A stretch of 64,000 bases of DNA from the human T2T-CHM13v2.0 reference genome, Homo sapiens (GCF_009914755.1 NC_060934.1); one strand, 5' to 3'; counted from the stretch's first letter, positions 28,473 to 41,050 are shown. Notes: generated by a model not told the origin, from the letters alone. A program made the numbers and translations.

Positions 28473-30004
28473 GGAATCACTTCCAAGATGGCTGTATAGA
28501 AACAGCTCTGGTCTACAGCTCCCAGCAAGACTGATGCAGAAGACGGGTAATTTCTGCTTTTGCAACTGAGGTACCTAGTTCATTTCACTGGGACTGGTTG
28601 GACAGTGATTGCAGCCTACGGAGGGCAAGCAGAAGCAGGGCAGGGCATCGCATCACCTGGGAGGTGCAAGGAGTTGGGAGATTTCCCTTTCCTAACCAAG
28701 GGAAGCCATGAGTGGCTGTACCTGGATGAATGGTATACTCCTACCCAAATACTGCACTTTTCCCATGGTCTTGACAACCGGCAGACCAAGAGATTCCATC
28801 CTGTGCCTGTCTTGGTGGGTCCCATGCTCACAGAGCCTTTCTTGCTGCTAGGACAGCAGTCTGAGTTCGACCTGCGATGCTGGAGCTTTGCAGGGGGAGG
28901 GCTGTCCACTATTGCTGAGGCTTGAGTAGGCAGTACTATGCTCATAGAGTATAATAAACAAAGTGGCAGGGAAGCTTAAACTGGGTGGAGCCCACTGCAG
29001 CTCAGCAAGGCCTAGTGCCTCTCTAGATTCCACCTCTGGGGGCAGGGCATACCTGAACAAAAGGCAGCAGACAGCTTCTGCAGACTTAAACATCCCTGCC
29101 TGACAGCTCTAAAGAGATCAGTGGTTTCCCAGAACAGTGTTTGAGCTCTGATAATGGACAGACTGCCTCCTCAAGTGGGTCCCTGACCCCCATGTAGCCT
29201 GACTAGGAGACACCTCTCAGGAGGGGCTGACAGACACCTCATACATGTGGGTTCCCCTCTGGGACAAAGCTTCCAGAGGAAGGATCAGGCAGCAATATTT
29301 GCTGTTCTGCAACCTCCACTGGTGATACCCAAGCAAACAGGTTCTGGATAGGACCTCCAGAAAACTCCAACAGACCTGCAGGTGAGGGGGACTGTCTGTT
29401 GGAAGGAAAACTAACAAACAGAAAGGAATCGCATCAACATCCACAAAAAGGGCATCCACACCAAAACTCCAACTGTAGGTCACAAACATAAAAGACCAAA
29501 GGTAGATAAAACCGCAAAGATGGGGACAAACCAGAGCAGAAAAGCTGAAAATTCCAAAAACCAGAACACCTCTTCTCCTCCAAAGGAACACAACTCCTTG
29601 CCAGCAAGGGAACAAAACTGGACAGAGAATGAGTTTGACAAGTTGACAGAAGTAGGCTTCAGAAGGTCAGTAATAACAAACTTTTCTGAGCTAAAGGAGC
29701 ATGTTCTAACCTATCGCAAGGAAGCTAAAAATGTTGAAAAAAGGTTAGATAAATGGCTAACTAGAATAACCAGTGTAGAGAAGAGCTTAAATGATCTGAT
29801 GGAGCTGAAAACCACAGTACGAGAACTTCATGAAGCACACACCAGCTTCAATAGCTGATTTGATCAAGTGGAAGAAAGGATATCGGTGATGGAAGATCAA
29901 ATTAATGAAATAAAGTGGGACGACAAAATTAGAGAAAAAAGAATGAAAAGAAATGAACGAAGCCTCAAGAAATATGGGACTATGTGAAAAGATCAAATCT
30001 ATGT
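28473..30004 (+). mobile_element. L1PA (PA7/8-like) 5' UTR plus first half of ORF1, 3'-truncated
   Basis: cacttccaagatggc..aacagctctggtctacagctcccagc 5' end (YY1-type aagatggc); L1 5' UTR motifs; ORF1 from 29520. Confidence 0.93.
29520..30004 (+). pseudogene. LINE-1 ORF1p remnant (coiled-coil region), premature stop at 29856-29858
   Basis: MGTNQSRKAENSKNQNTSSPPKE...WLTRITSVEKSLNDLMELK resembles the L1 ORF1p N-terminus. Confidence 0.9.
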
Positions 30005-32674
30005 ACAAGATTCTATGTACTCAGTAAAAGACATCTATGATTGCATTAAAACCTCATAACACTGAGAAGTGTGTTTGCACCTCCTCTTACAAATGAACAA
30101 TTTATGTTAGGAGAGATTAGGTAACTCACCCAAAACAAAATAGCAAGAAGAAGACAGAGACAGGATTGGGTTTGGAGATCCAGCTAAACTGAGGACACTA
30201 GAATTGGGAAAATTGCTGTAAGAGAGGCTCGTGAGAGAAGGAGGTTGGTAGGAGAAATTACAGATTTGGGAAATTAAGAGTGATTTCACCTAATTTTGCA
30301 GCAAAACAACTAATATTTAGGTCCCCCTTTAAAATAAACTCATTTATGAGTTCATTCAAATTATGTAAACGGCCTGTGGCTCATACCCTAGACTGGGCTA
30401 TCTGTGAGTATTCAACTGCATAAATCCGTTTAAATGCCATCACATGCAAAGAAACACTGTTCCTTCCAAGAGACCAGATTTAGCCATAATTTCATTTCAT
30501 TCACTCATTTGTGCAGTTACACATTTACTCTTTCAAATATTTGATTTTCCAGTAAATGTCAGACACTGGGGCTATAGAACCAAAGGTGTCATGCTCTGTC
30601 CCAGACCTGGAGGAACATCCAACCTTACTAGAAGCAGTAGTCAAGAGAATAGACCCAGACAAACACAGAGCCATACCCACGTGTCTCCAATCCTAACATC
30701 TCTTCTGTGCATTAAAGGTCAGCTCAACAAAATCCAACTCTTGGAAAGTCTTTGTGAAGTGTAAACACTTGCAAAACTCTCTCTTCCACACATTGTTAAG
30801 CCAACTGAATCATTTAACCACAGGTTCTCAGGATGATTTCCTGGTAAGTTAGAATATCTTTTTAAGCATCAATCAGTTTCTCTCAGTCTTCTCTCAACTA
30901 GAAATTATGGCATTAATTAAAAAGAGGAAAATCAATGGAAAACATGTGTGTTCCTTTACATCAATTCACTAGCCATTAAAGTTACTTTTCAGCTTATTCA
31001 ATGAGAAATAAAAACCTATCACAAAATTTAAAAAATTGATTATATATGTGGAAAGAGTTTTTTTTTGTCTGTTCATTTTGTTTTCTTCAATAATCTTAAA
31101 GCTTTTCAGGATAAGAAAAATTTAGGTTTCAAGTTGCCTCAACTCTAAATCTGAACTTGTGAAATTCAATTTTCCTCTAAATCACAGGCCCAACTCCTTT
31201 CCATTCCCTTTAAGACAGGGATAAAATGATTAAGTAAACCCCTAAACTTAAGGGTTTGCTGTCATGACATTTTTCCTGAGGTAAGGGCAAAAAATGTGAA
31301 AAAGAGTATAAGTCCTTAATTGTATGCACAGTCAGGAGACAAAACATTGTATAAATGTAAGTTGGCCGATACTTTGGTTACTTTTCTTGCCTTCTGAAAA
31401 TGCAATAAAACTGCACTAAAGAAGCAAAGGGGAGAAATGGCTTCTTGCATACAAATTTCTCACTTTCCAAAGACTGGCCAGAAAATCAGCTGTTTTTATC
31501 TGTGTTCATATCTCTCAACCATTTAGATACTTATTATATTCTTCATAACCTTGACGATATTTCATAAGAAACAGAAATGCTAACAAAGAAACTTAAACAA
31601 ATTAAATGGAACCTACTCTTTGACATGCAAATGTGTTTTAGTTTTGCCCCGCTAGGTCGTATGTTTCATTATGATTAAAAATGTCAAACAATATTTCGCC
31701 TGCTGGGAGTGTAGGTTTTACTTCTACTTTTCAATCTTACTCAAACCTCCTTACTGAATAATTTATGAGGTACAGCAGCCTTTGGTTGCTTTTCTAAAAT
31801 TACAAACTATGAACCCCATGGTGGCATTTTGCTAAATGGTTTTGCACATATTGGCTTTTGAACATTTACAGAATAAAAGTACACAATAAGAATATCTTTT
31901 AGATGATTATTCTCTTATGTGCAACTTTCAGGAAAGAAAATAATCTGGCTACATCAATAGAGCAACTGAGTGAGTCAAATCTTCTGTCTACTCAATTCAT
32001 GAGTTTGTCTTTCATTTTGGGTGATGTAATCCTCAAATACTTATCAGTCTCTCTCATTCCTCACTAACACTCTTCCCCTCAACCTACCTTTTGCTGAAAA
32101 ACTCATTGATTAGGAGTTATGTGGAGAGCACTTACTAGCTGAAAGCCAAAGTAGTATATTGAAGCCACCTGCTTTCTCTCTAACTACTTCCTCTGGTGTT
32201 CTGTGAGCTTAAATGAGCTTGCCAGGGGTGTTTTCAGTGTGCCAAGGTCACTGGAAAAATAATTCCCTTTGTAATATGAAATACTTAAAGGGCACTCATG
32301 AGAGAAATGGAACAACCTATTTGGGGAAATCAAGACGGTTGGGGACACTGAGGTTTTACAACTGGGGTTTTAAATAGGTATGTTTTGTTCAATAACTTTT
32401 TAGAATAATAGACTACCATGGTCGTATGTTCTTGTCCATCCAAAACAGCAGTTGAGAAGATCTAGTGAGATAATATACGCTTAATGTAGGTCCCATCCCA
32501 TGGAAAATGTCCAGTATGTTTGTATTAATTTTCCCTTTATGTGAGAGTCACTGTAAACATGCCAAGGGGAACAGGGCTTTCTTTAGGAGGAACTCTGTAT
32601 TAGAAAACTTACTTTAAAAAAAGGAAGATGAGAATTTTAGCATCATAGCCATGATTGACAAACGGGAGACTCTA

Positions 32675-33535
32675 CTTTATACCCATTAGGATGGCTATAA
32701 TCAAAAAGAGCCAAAATTAAAAAGTGATGCTGAATATGGGAAGAAATTGAAACTCATATACATTGCTAGTAGGACTATAAAATGATGTGGTCACTTTAGA
32801 AAACAGCTTGGCAGTTTCTCAAAATGTTAGATATAGAGTTCCTCTATGACCCAGCAATTTCACTTCTAGGTATATAATCAAGAGCACTGGGAGATATACC
32901 TAATGCTAAATGACGAGTTAATGGGTGCAGCACACCAACATGGCACATGTATACATATGTAACAAACCTGCATGTTGTGCATATGTACCCTAAAACTTAA
33001 AGTATAATAATAAAATAAAAATTAAAAAAAGAGTAATGAAAACATATGTCCACACAAAAACTTGTACAGGAATATTTATAACAGCACTATTCATAATAAC
33101 CAAAAAGTAGAAACAACCCAAATGTTTATCAACTGATGACTGGATAAACAAAACGGTATATTCATATGACAGAGGATTATTTGGCCATTTGAAAATAATG
33201 AAATGCTGATAAATGCTACGACATGGATGAACTTTGAAAACATCATGATAAATAAAAAGTCCAGATACCAAAGACGACATATTATTTGATTCTATTTGTA
33301 TGAAATGTCCAGAATAGGAAAATTTGTAAAGACAGAGGATGCCTGATTGGTTGCTTCAGACTGGGGGATGGAACGTGACTGCAAATGGTACAGGGGTTTT
33401 CTGTTGGGTGATGAGAATGTTCTAAAATTATTGGTGATGGTTGCACAACTCAGTGAATATATTAAAATCACTGAATTGTGCACTTTAAAGGGATGAATTT
33501 TATAGTATGTGAATTATATCTTAATAAATACCTTA
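32675..33535 (+). mobile_element. L1MB7/8-type 3' end with a nested L1PA tail
   Basis: cccattaggatggctataatc..tatgacccagcaatttcacttctagg..gggtgatgagaatgttctaaaatt..gtgaattatatcttaataaa. Confidence 0.88.
32889..33028 (+). mobile_element. Short 5'-truncated L1PA 3' end (~140 bp)
   Basis: gggagatatacctaatgctaaatgacgagttaatgggtgcagcacacc..aaacttaaagtataataa plus A tail; degenerate TSD aagagcact/aagagtaat. Confidence 0.92.
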
Positions 33536-33654
33536 AAAAATAATAATTAGATAAGAACCAATTCACAGGGTCCCAGAATGGGAGATATTACATACATGTG
33601 CTGTGGTATCTTATACATTAAAGTAGTATATCAATTTGAAAAGTAATTTTTTCT

Positions 33655-34382
33655 ATCAAAAGTCAAATCAGGCCAAATTAAAGACGTTTAGTTTATTGCA
33701 CATATAAAAGAACAGTTTGAGAACTGAAAAACTACGAACTGAAAAGTGGTAAGAAGCCTGCTAACAGCAGTTACGCAGTTACAGATCACAGCGAATAAGG
33801 GAGAATGTATTTTGACCTTTTTAAAAAATACATTAGCATTGTGTGTTACATATTAGCATTCTTTTTTTTTTTTTTTTGAGATAGAGTCTCATTCTGTCAC
33901 CCAGGCTAGCATGTAGCATGCAAGAGCAAGATCATAGCTCACTGCAGTCTCAACTTCCCAGGTTCAAAGAATTCTCTCACCTCAGGCTCCAGAGTAGATG
34001 GGACTAGAGCACCAATCACCATGCCTGGCTAATTTTGTTGATTGACATGGAGTCTCACTGTGTTGCCCAGGCTAGTTGTGAACTCCTGGGCTCAAGTGAT
34101 CCTCCCATTTTGGCCTCCCAAAGTGCTGGGATTACAGGCATGAGCCAATGCACCAAGTCCATTAAGCATTCTTTTTTAGGTAAGCCGACTGTTTAAGCTG
34201 CTCTGTCTATAGCTGACTGTCTTAATTTCACTGAATCATGCTTATAAGAACTTATAACTTCCTTTTTTTATTTCATTTATGATTAGAGCTGGCATTCCAG
34301 TGAAATCAGAATGACTTATGTTTTGGTTACCTGGTTTAGAGCAGTTGGCCTTGGGGTATATCCAAACTATGGCCTCCATTTT
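33655..34382 (-). mobile_element. Probable ERV1-class LTR (MER4-group-like) split by AluJ
   Basis: Ends in ggcctccatttt (antisense of the aaaatggaggcc LTR start); tttattg (antisense poly(A) signal) near the left end. Confidence 0.45.
33862..34160 (-). mobile_element. AluJ
   Basis: gatcatagctcactgcag..ctcctgggctcaagtgatcctccc; TSD-like agcattctttt on both sides. Confidence 0.93.
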
Positions 34383-34737
34383 TTCTTTAATTTTTAAATT
34401 TTTTATTATACTTTAAGTTCTGGGATACATGTGCAGAATGTGCAGGTTTGTTACACAGGTATACATGTGCCATGGTTGTTTGCTGCACCCATCAACCCAT
34501 CTACATTAGGTATTTCTCCTAATGCTATCCCTTGCCTAGCACCCCCACCCTCCAACAGGCACCTGTGTGTGATGTTACCCTCTCTGTGTTCATGCATTCT
34601 CATTGTTCAACTCCCACTTATGAATGAGAAGATGCAGTGTTTGTTTTTCTGTTCCTGTGTTAGTTTGCTGAGAATGAAGGTTTCCAGCTTCATCCATGTC
34701 CCCGCAAAGGACATGAACTCATTCTTTTTTATGGCTA
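34383..34737 (-). mobile_element. L1PA (PA7-like) 3' UTR fragment
   Basis: ttattatactttaagttctgggatacatgtgcaga..aaggacatgaactcattctttttt. Confidence 0.93.
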
Positions 34738-35044
34738 ACGCTCCTTTCTCTGTATAATACATCTTGAGACAGTCTTAAGAATCTACCTTGGAGAAAGTGT
34801 CACAACAAACTACTATGTCTCTCCAAATACTGACTTTGACCTCTTTCAAATGGTCAGAACTGAGTACTTGATAACCTTTCATGCTCAGCATGAGGACCTG
34901 AGGAACCTCAATGAGTATTAGAGTGTGGATCTGCAAGACCAAGTTCAGTGACAGACAGAGCTCATTCTGTGCTTCTCACTTTTTCTTGTGTCTCAGGATC
35001 AACTCCCTGGCGTGTGACCCAGATAAAGAAAGTTTATTCTCTTT

Positions 35045-35262
35045 AGAGAAACAGAGAGAGGAAGAGGAGAAGGAGAAGGAGGAAGAGGAGAAGGAGAAGG
35101 AGGAAGAGGAGAAGGAGGAGGAGGAGAAGGGAGGAAGAGGGTAGGCAAGGGACAGAGAGGGAGAGGGAGGAGGAGGGTTGGCAAGGGAGGGAAAAGCAGA
35201 AGGGAAGGGAGGAGAAATGAGAAGAAAGAAAGAAACAATGAAGGGAGGGAGGAAGAAAAGGA
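35045..35262. repeat. GA-rich polypurine tract with 21-bp units (GAGGAAGAGGAGAAGGAGAAG)
   Basis: Directly visible. Confidence 0.9.
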
Positions 35263-35689
35263 GCCGTTGCATTCACACAGTGGTAGTAGCCACCTTCTTC
35301 TTGTTTTGTTTTGTGTTGTTTTATTTTCTTTATCTTTAGCTTTTAGTAGAAGAAAACTGAAGGCGTGTTTTTCTTTCACTCTCACCTTTTACTCTTTCTA
35401 TTCCCATCTCCCATCAACCTGGTACGACTTATCTCTTGTAGTTCCAGAGTCTGGTACCTTTATGCTGACTGGACTCTAACGTGATAGCTGGTTGTGGAGA
35501 ACAAACAGGCATGGTTCCTGTAAGCCTCCCATCACCCTGTCACAAAGTACTTACTGTGTATTTTTACTACTTTGGGGAAAATTCATTAGCAAAGGATTGT
35601 TGCTGCAAAGTCTGGAAATTATGTCTTTCTGTGCATTCAAGATAACCTCAAATGCTGCAAGAACCCAAACATTGATAAAAATAACAATG

Positions 35690-35900
35690 AAACTAAACAC
35701 CCATTTAACATTTATCATATACAAGACTTTGTTCTGTGTTTTCTGTTTATTAACTCAACTAATTCTCATACAGCCTTATGACATGGATACATATTCATTT
35801 CTATTTTACAGATAAGAAAGTTGAAGCTTAGCAAAGTAAAAGACCAAGGTCACACAGTGATAAAGCAGGATTTGAACCTAGGCAGTCTGATCCTAGAATC
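35690..35900 (-). mobile_element. MIR
   Basis: attttacagataagaaagttgaagct..ccaaggtcacacag..ggatttgaacctaggcagtctga. Confidence 0.85.
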
Positions 35901-35922
35901 TGGGGTCTTTGCTCCTGAGCTA

Positions 35923-36095
35923 GCAGTGCCCCAGCCTGACTGTGCAAATTATCATTAATTGAGAAATTTTGTAGATGATTAATGCCAGGATTATTCTCCC
36001 AATTTAATAAGACTTTCTGGAACCCTACGCATAAGTCAATTTTTAAAAGCTTCCTCAGGTGATGATAATGGGTAATAAAGGTTAAAAGCCATTGC
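35923..36095. mobile_element. MER5-like hAT MITE remnant
   Basis: ttttaaaagcttcctcaggtgatgataatg..ggttaaaagccattg. Confidence 0.5.
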
Positions 36096-36741
36096 TGTGA
36101 ACTGAATCACCTAAATGAAGAAAGTTTGTCCTTTACAATTATTTTAATTATTTTGTTTTAATAAAGGCAAAGTCTCAGTTTGGAGCTATTATGTCAAGTT
36201 AGGTTTGATAACATTATTTTATTTTCACTGTATTTATTGTATTTATTTTTACAGTTATTATCTATATGTAGCAGATAAGAAATATATAGATGTATACAGA
36301 TATATTGTTAAATATAGATATATGAAACAAAGATAGGGCAAATATTGAAAATAAACTTAGTTTAGTGAGCTAAACTAAGGTGGTTCATAGTGGGAGAATT
36401 AAGAGCAATAACATCAAAATGCAGAACTGGACGTAGAAACCCTGAAATCAGATACTAATGTGCCTCTAATCCTCAATCAGCCCCTTTGCACCTCTGGACA
36501 TCAGTCTTTAATGCCAAGTGGACACCCAAAGTGATCCACTTCGAGTTTCCACTTGAATGGTCTGCTATTTAACTTCTTCACGGCTATGTAACACAGAGTG
36601 GGTGCTCAATTGTTAGTGAATTTAAGAAAAAAAAAAAAAGCGAGAGAGAGAGAGAGAAAAAAAAAAGGCCAGTGGGAAGATAGGAAGGAAAGATAAAAAG
36701 TTAAGGAATAACTTCACAAAATATATCGCCTTTCTCAGGGA

Positions 36742-36792
<51 letters not shown>

Positions 36793-36896
36793 CATATATA
36801 TATATATGTGTGTGTGTATATATATGAGAAAGGCATATATATAGATAGATAAATAGAGATATCTCTCTCTCTCTATATATATATATACATATAGAT

Positions 36897-36948
<52 letters not shown>
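36742..36948. repeat. Compound (TA)n/(GA)n/(TG)n/(CT)n microsatellite
   Basis: Directly visible. Confidence 0.95.
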
Positions 36949-36955
<7 letters not shown>

Positions 36956-37669
36956 TACATTAGGCCAGAAGAATAAATCTTTATGTGGAATTTCAGTCAC
37001 CAAGGATAAGTAGGTGATGAAAATAATTTTAAAAGAGTTTCCTAATAGCCCTCAGATGGCCCCAGGTTGAATGACTTGCCTTTTTCAGGCATTTTCTTTT
37101 TTCTGCCTCTTCTCTAGCTAAACGAATATACAATCTCTGCTTTCATTCTCACCCAGCATTAACATGACACTAGTAAGTACTATTCTGACAACCCAGGATT
37201 TGCCTCTACTTTGAGGAAGTTAATGCTCTGGTATAGCCACAATCTTGATTTCTGAAGGCAGAAAATACGTCTGGAGGTCTTAGCAAACTCACAGCTTAGA
37301 CTCAACCCTGACTTTCAACTCACCCCTTCCCCAGCCAAAGCCCTTGGATCATAGAGCATGGATAGAGGCCTATGGCGTTTTCTTCCCAGTCCTCAGCAGA
37401 CATATTACATCAGGAGTGGTCTGTTGTGTTTACAGCTGGTAACACTGGCTCCAGTAAGGCTGAAGGCAGAGAAAGAAGGTTGAAAGCTGTTGTAGTATCC
37501 AGCCAAGAAATATAGCAGGTGACAAATCTTTTAATGTGTGAGTATGCATGTGTGTGCTGATGTACGTAGGAGGTGGAGGTGTAGGCAGAGTGACATATTG
37601 TGAAAATAAATAAATGTATGATCAACAGGAGTCAGTGATTAATTTAGAAAGAAGGAGGAGAAAAGAGGG

Positions 37670-38123
37670 TTTCTTAGTTGATTTTATACTATTATGACAG
37701 AATGTCTAAGACACACTTATAAAGAACAAAAATTTATTTTTTTAAACCTACAAATTTATTTTCTCATAATTCTGGAGGCTGGGAAGTCCAAGATCAAGGC
37801 ACCATCAGATTCTGTTGGTGAGGAATACTCTGCTTCCAAGATGACACCTTGAAAGCTGAGTCATCCAGACAAAAGGAATGCCATGTCTTTACACAGTAGA
37901 AGGCAAAAAGGGAAAAGGGGACCCATTCTGTGTCCTCACATGGAAGAAAGCAGAAGGGCAAAAGGGATGAACTTCCTCCATCTAGCCCTTTTATAAAGTT
38001 GCCTAATCTCATTCACGAAGGCAGAGCCACACCATTCAAAGGCCATGCCTCATGGTACTATTGAACTGGGAACTAGGTTTGAGCATGAATTTTGGAGATG
38101 ACAAAAACATTCAAGCCATAGCA
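37670..38123 (-). mobile_element. MST (C/D-like) solo LTR
   Basis: ttctggaggctgggaagtccaagatcaaggcacc..ctctgcttccaagatg..aacattcaagccatagca. Confidence 0.87.
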
Positions 38124-38570
38124 GAAGGTCTCTGGCCTGAATAGCCAAGGAGATGGTGATGTCACTAATGAGATGATGAATCCTAAGAAGGAGGTGTTTT
38201 GAGGAGCTCCCTGGAAAGCTCCATGAATCAGAGGAGGCTGTAGGATTTTGGGCTGAGAGTGAGCTGCAGCAGTTAAAAATTCCACGTGGAGATAGCCTTT
38301 TAAAACCAGCCATTTTAATTCAAAATAGCAAAAACATAGGATTCAAAGCAGGAACATGGAAGGAATACATGACATGACATATGAAATGAAGACCTTTCAT
38401 AAGCACAGCCAATAAGAAGAGGAAGAGACTAAGGTGAAGGAAAGAGAAAAAAAATCAATAAAGAAATACAATTTTCCGCAACTGTCACTCTAGCCAGGAA
38501 GGCCCATGGAAACGAATTTTGATTAAGTGCAGTAATCCTCTGAAGCAAAATGAGTCACTGACCCCTACTA

Positions 38571-38651
38571 TTAGGTTGGTGCAAAAGTAATTGCAGTTTT
38601 TGTCATTATTTTTACCTGGCAAAAACTGCAATTATTTTTGCACCAACCTAA
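38571..38651. mobile_element. MADE1 (Hsmar1-derived MITE)
   Basis: TIRs ttaggttggtgcaaaagtaattgcagtttttg / caaaaactgcaattatttttgcaccaacctaa; TA TSDs at 38569-38570 and 38652-38653. Confidence 0.97.
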
Positions 38652-40178
38652 TAGAAGCTGGTTTTCTCTGAATCTATCAACTTCAGATGAACAATTTTAT
38701 GGTAGAATATAATGAGTTTGAGATGATTTGTTTAAATGCCACGTGAATCACTATTCAATGATTTGAGGCATCATCTCAGACCACCTCCCATCTCCAAGCT
38801 GTCATAAACCACCCTATCGTATGGCAGAGTTTAGCTTTTAAATCACATCCAGAGGGGTTTGCACAAATGCAGACCAATACCTTAAAGATTACTCTGATGT
38901 TTACATGTGAACTTAGTAGTGTGCCTAGTTGGACATGATGTGAGGGCAAGAGAAATAGGCCCATCTATTCTGCAGGATTTGAAAAGAGGTAGAGCTGCTG
39001 AGATTGAACAAGTGTTTTGGGCCAACTAGAAATTCAAATGTCAAGTAAGCTGTAATGGCAGGCCCTAAAATAGCAACTCTGACCATAGATGGAAGGACAG
39101 TCAAATGAGAATAGTACTAAAAGTGCAATTGAACATTTACTAGACTTCATAGCAACATTTGCACCACAGAGAAAAGTCAGCATCAGCATCCTAAAGCAAA
39201 ACGCTCATGACACATGAATTAAGAATGTTTGTCACAGCCAGGTGCCAATGACTAAAGTCTGCAACAGAAAAAGAGAATGAGCAAATACAAGGTAAATCAT
39301 TTTTATCAGGGAGATAGCCTGCTTAAAGTTATAAATGGTCATTATTAAAAGGGGCTTTGTGTGTCCTCACTTGTATATTAATTTCATACATTTCACAGCA
39401 GGAACCCAATTAGTTTCTACTTCTATAGTTAATCAAAAATATTAGGTAATTAAATTAACTTTCACAATACAGTCTAACCATGTTCCTAATACAATAATAT
39501 ACTGAATGTTCTCCTCTCACTCAATGTATCACTTTACTGTACGTTCTTTTCTTCTGTAGACATTAACTGGGTTTCATATTTATTTGCAACGTTTTGAAAG
39601 CCCTGCTTAATGATAAGCTGAGTATTTTTCCTTAAATTGAAATTTGTTGAATGTTATTCAAATCATCCAACCATAAAATGAAAATGAAATTATATCTGTG
39701 GAGATCAGCTTGAACCACTTTCATATCTTTACTAAAATAACATCCAGGTAGCATTTTTAACTTTCCTAACAACATATATACCAAAGCATAATTTGTTACA
39801 TTTCAGCATCATATGAAGTTATAAACAAAACATTCAAGACTACAGTTAACTGGTTCTCCTTTGAAACCTTATAAGTGAATTCATTATCTCCAATAATGTT
39901 ATTGTCATCTCAGTTATCTTTCTAAATTGCATTTCTTTTAAGGATAAAGAGAAAACTAAATCACTTCGGCTTACTGTTAGTATAAGGTAGAAGGCAGTGA
40001 TTCACTGCAAACTTGGTCAGTAAAGAGGCTCAATTTCCAATACTGTTTTGACTGGCACCAAATAAGTGCAAGAGAAGAGATTGTTTCACAGGGCTAATAC
40101 ATGTATCATACCCTCACGATACAAATCTGATATACTATCACGAATCACTAGCTTTCCTTCTGCTGAGCTAATCTTTTT

Positions 40179-40458
40179 ATTTTTATTTTTTTTTTTTTTG
40201 AGACAGAATCTCACTCTGTTGCCCAGGCTGGAGTGCAGTGGTGCAGTGGCGCGATCTGGCTCACTGCAACTTCTGCCTCCTGGGTTCAAGCAATTCTCCT
40301 GCCTCAAACTTTCCAACAGCCGGGACTATAGGTGCCCACCACCATGCCCAATTAATGTTTGTATTTTTAGTAGAGAAGGGGTTTCACCATGTTGGCCAGG
40401 ATGGTCTCCATCTCTTGACCTTGTGATCTTCCTGCCTTAGCCTCCCAAAGTGCTGGGA
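40179..40458 (-). mobile_element. AluSc-like, slightly 5'-truncated
   Basis: ggccaggatggtctccatctcttgacc; TSD ctaatcttttt (40168-40178 / 40461-40471). Confidence 0.95.
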
Positions 40459-40889
40459 AACTAATCTTTTTTACTCCTAATCATATATATGATGGTGCTC
40501 CATGTTGACAGATAGTGTAAGAAAAGCCAACCTTAAGAACTATTTTTCAAATCCTTCAGAGGGTAAATCAACTTATTTTCCCAAGAATTTTTTTCAAGAT
40601 TTTTTTCAAGGGCACAAATGATTGTGAATGGTCTAACATAGTTTTCCCAAATTGGTCCATATCAATCTGCCTATTTGCAGAAAGATAAGTAAATGGCAAG
40701 ATATTTACATATGGCAAGATGGCAGAAATAGAAATAAAACAAGGACAAGAGATCAAGACAGAGTGACAGACAAGAAACTAAACCTTGACAGGGACATGGA
40801 AATGTATGTACATAAGTGAATAACTTGTCCCCTTAGTTCCATTCTTCCATTTTTAGCTTAGTTCCATGGGCAGGACAAGAATTATGGAG

Positions 40890-41050
40890 AAAGAATGGAG
40901 TTTGAATCTTGGCCAATCACATATTAACTATGTCTTTAGGCAAGTCACTTAACTTCTCTGAGACTCATGTTTCCCATCTATACAAAAAGACATACAGCTA
41001 GTTCACAGGGTAATTATGAAAATAAGCAGAAAATGCAGAAAATGTAGCCT
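40890..41050 (+). mobile_element. MIR
   Basis: ttaggcaagtcacttaacttctctgagactcatgtttcccatcta. Confidence 0.8.

Noticed and set aside
34911-35385. Glu/Lys-, Ser- and Pro-rich ORFs
   Set aside because: Stop-free frames of a low-complexity GA tract
36356-36379. Perfect 10-bp-stem hairpin cttagtttag-tgag-ctaaactaag
   Set aside because: About one such hairpin is expected by chance in 64 kb of AT-rich DNA; no RNA-gene context
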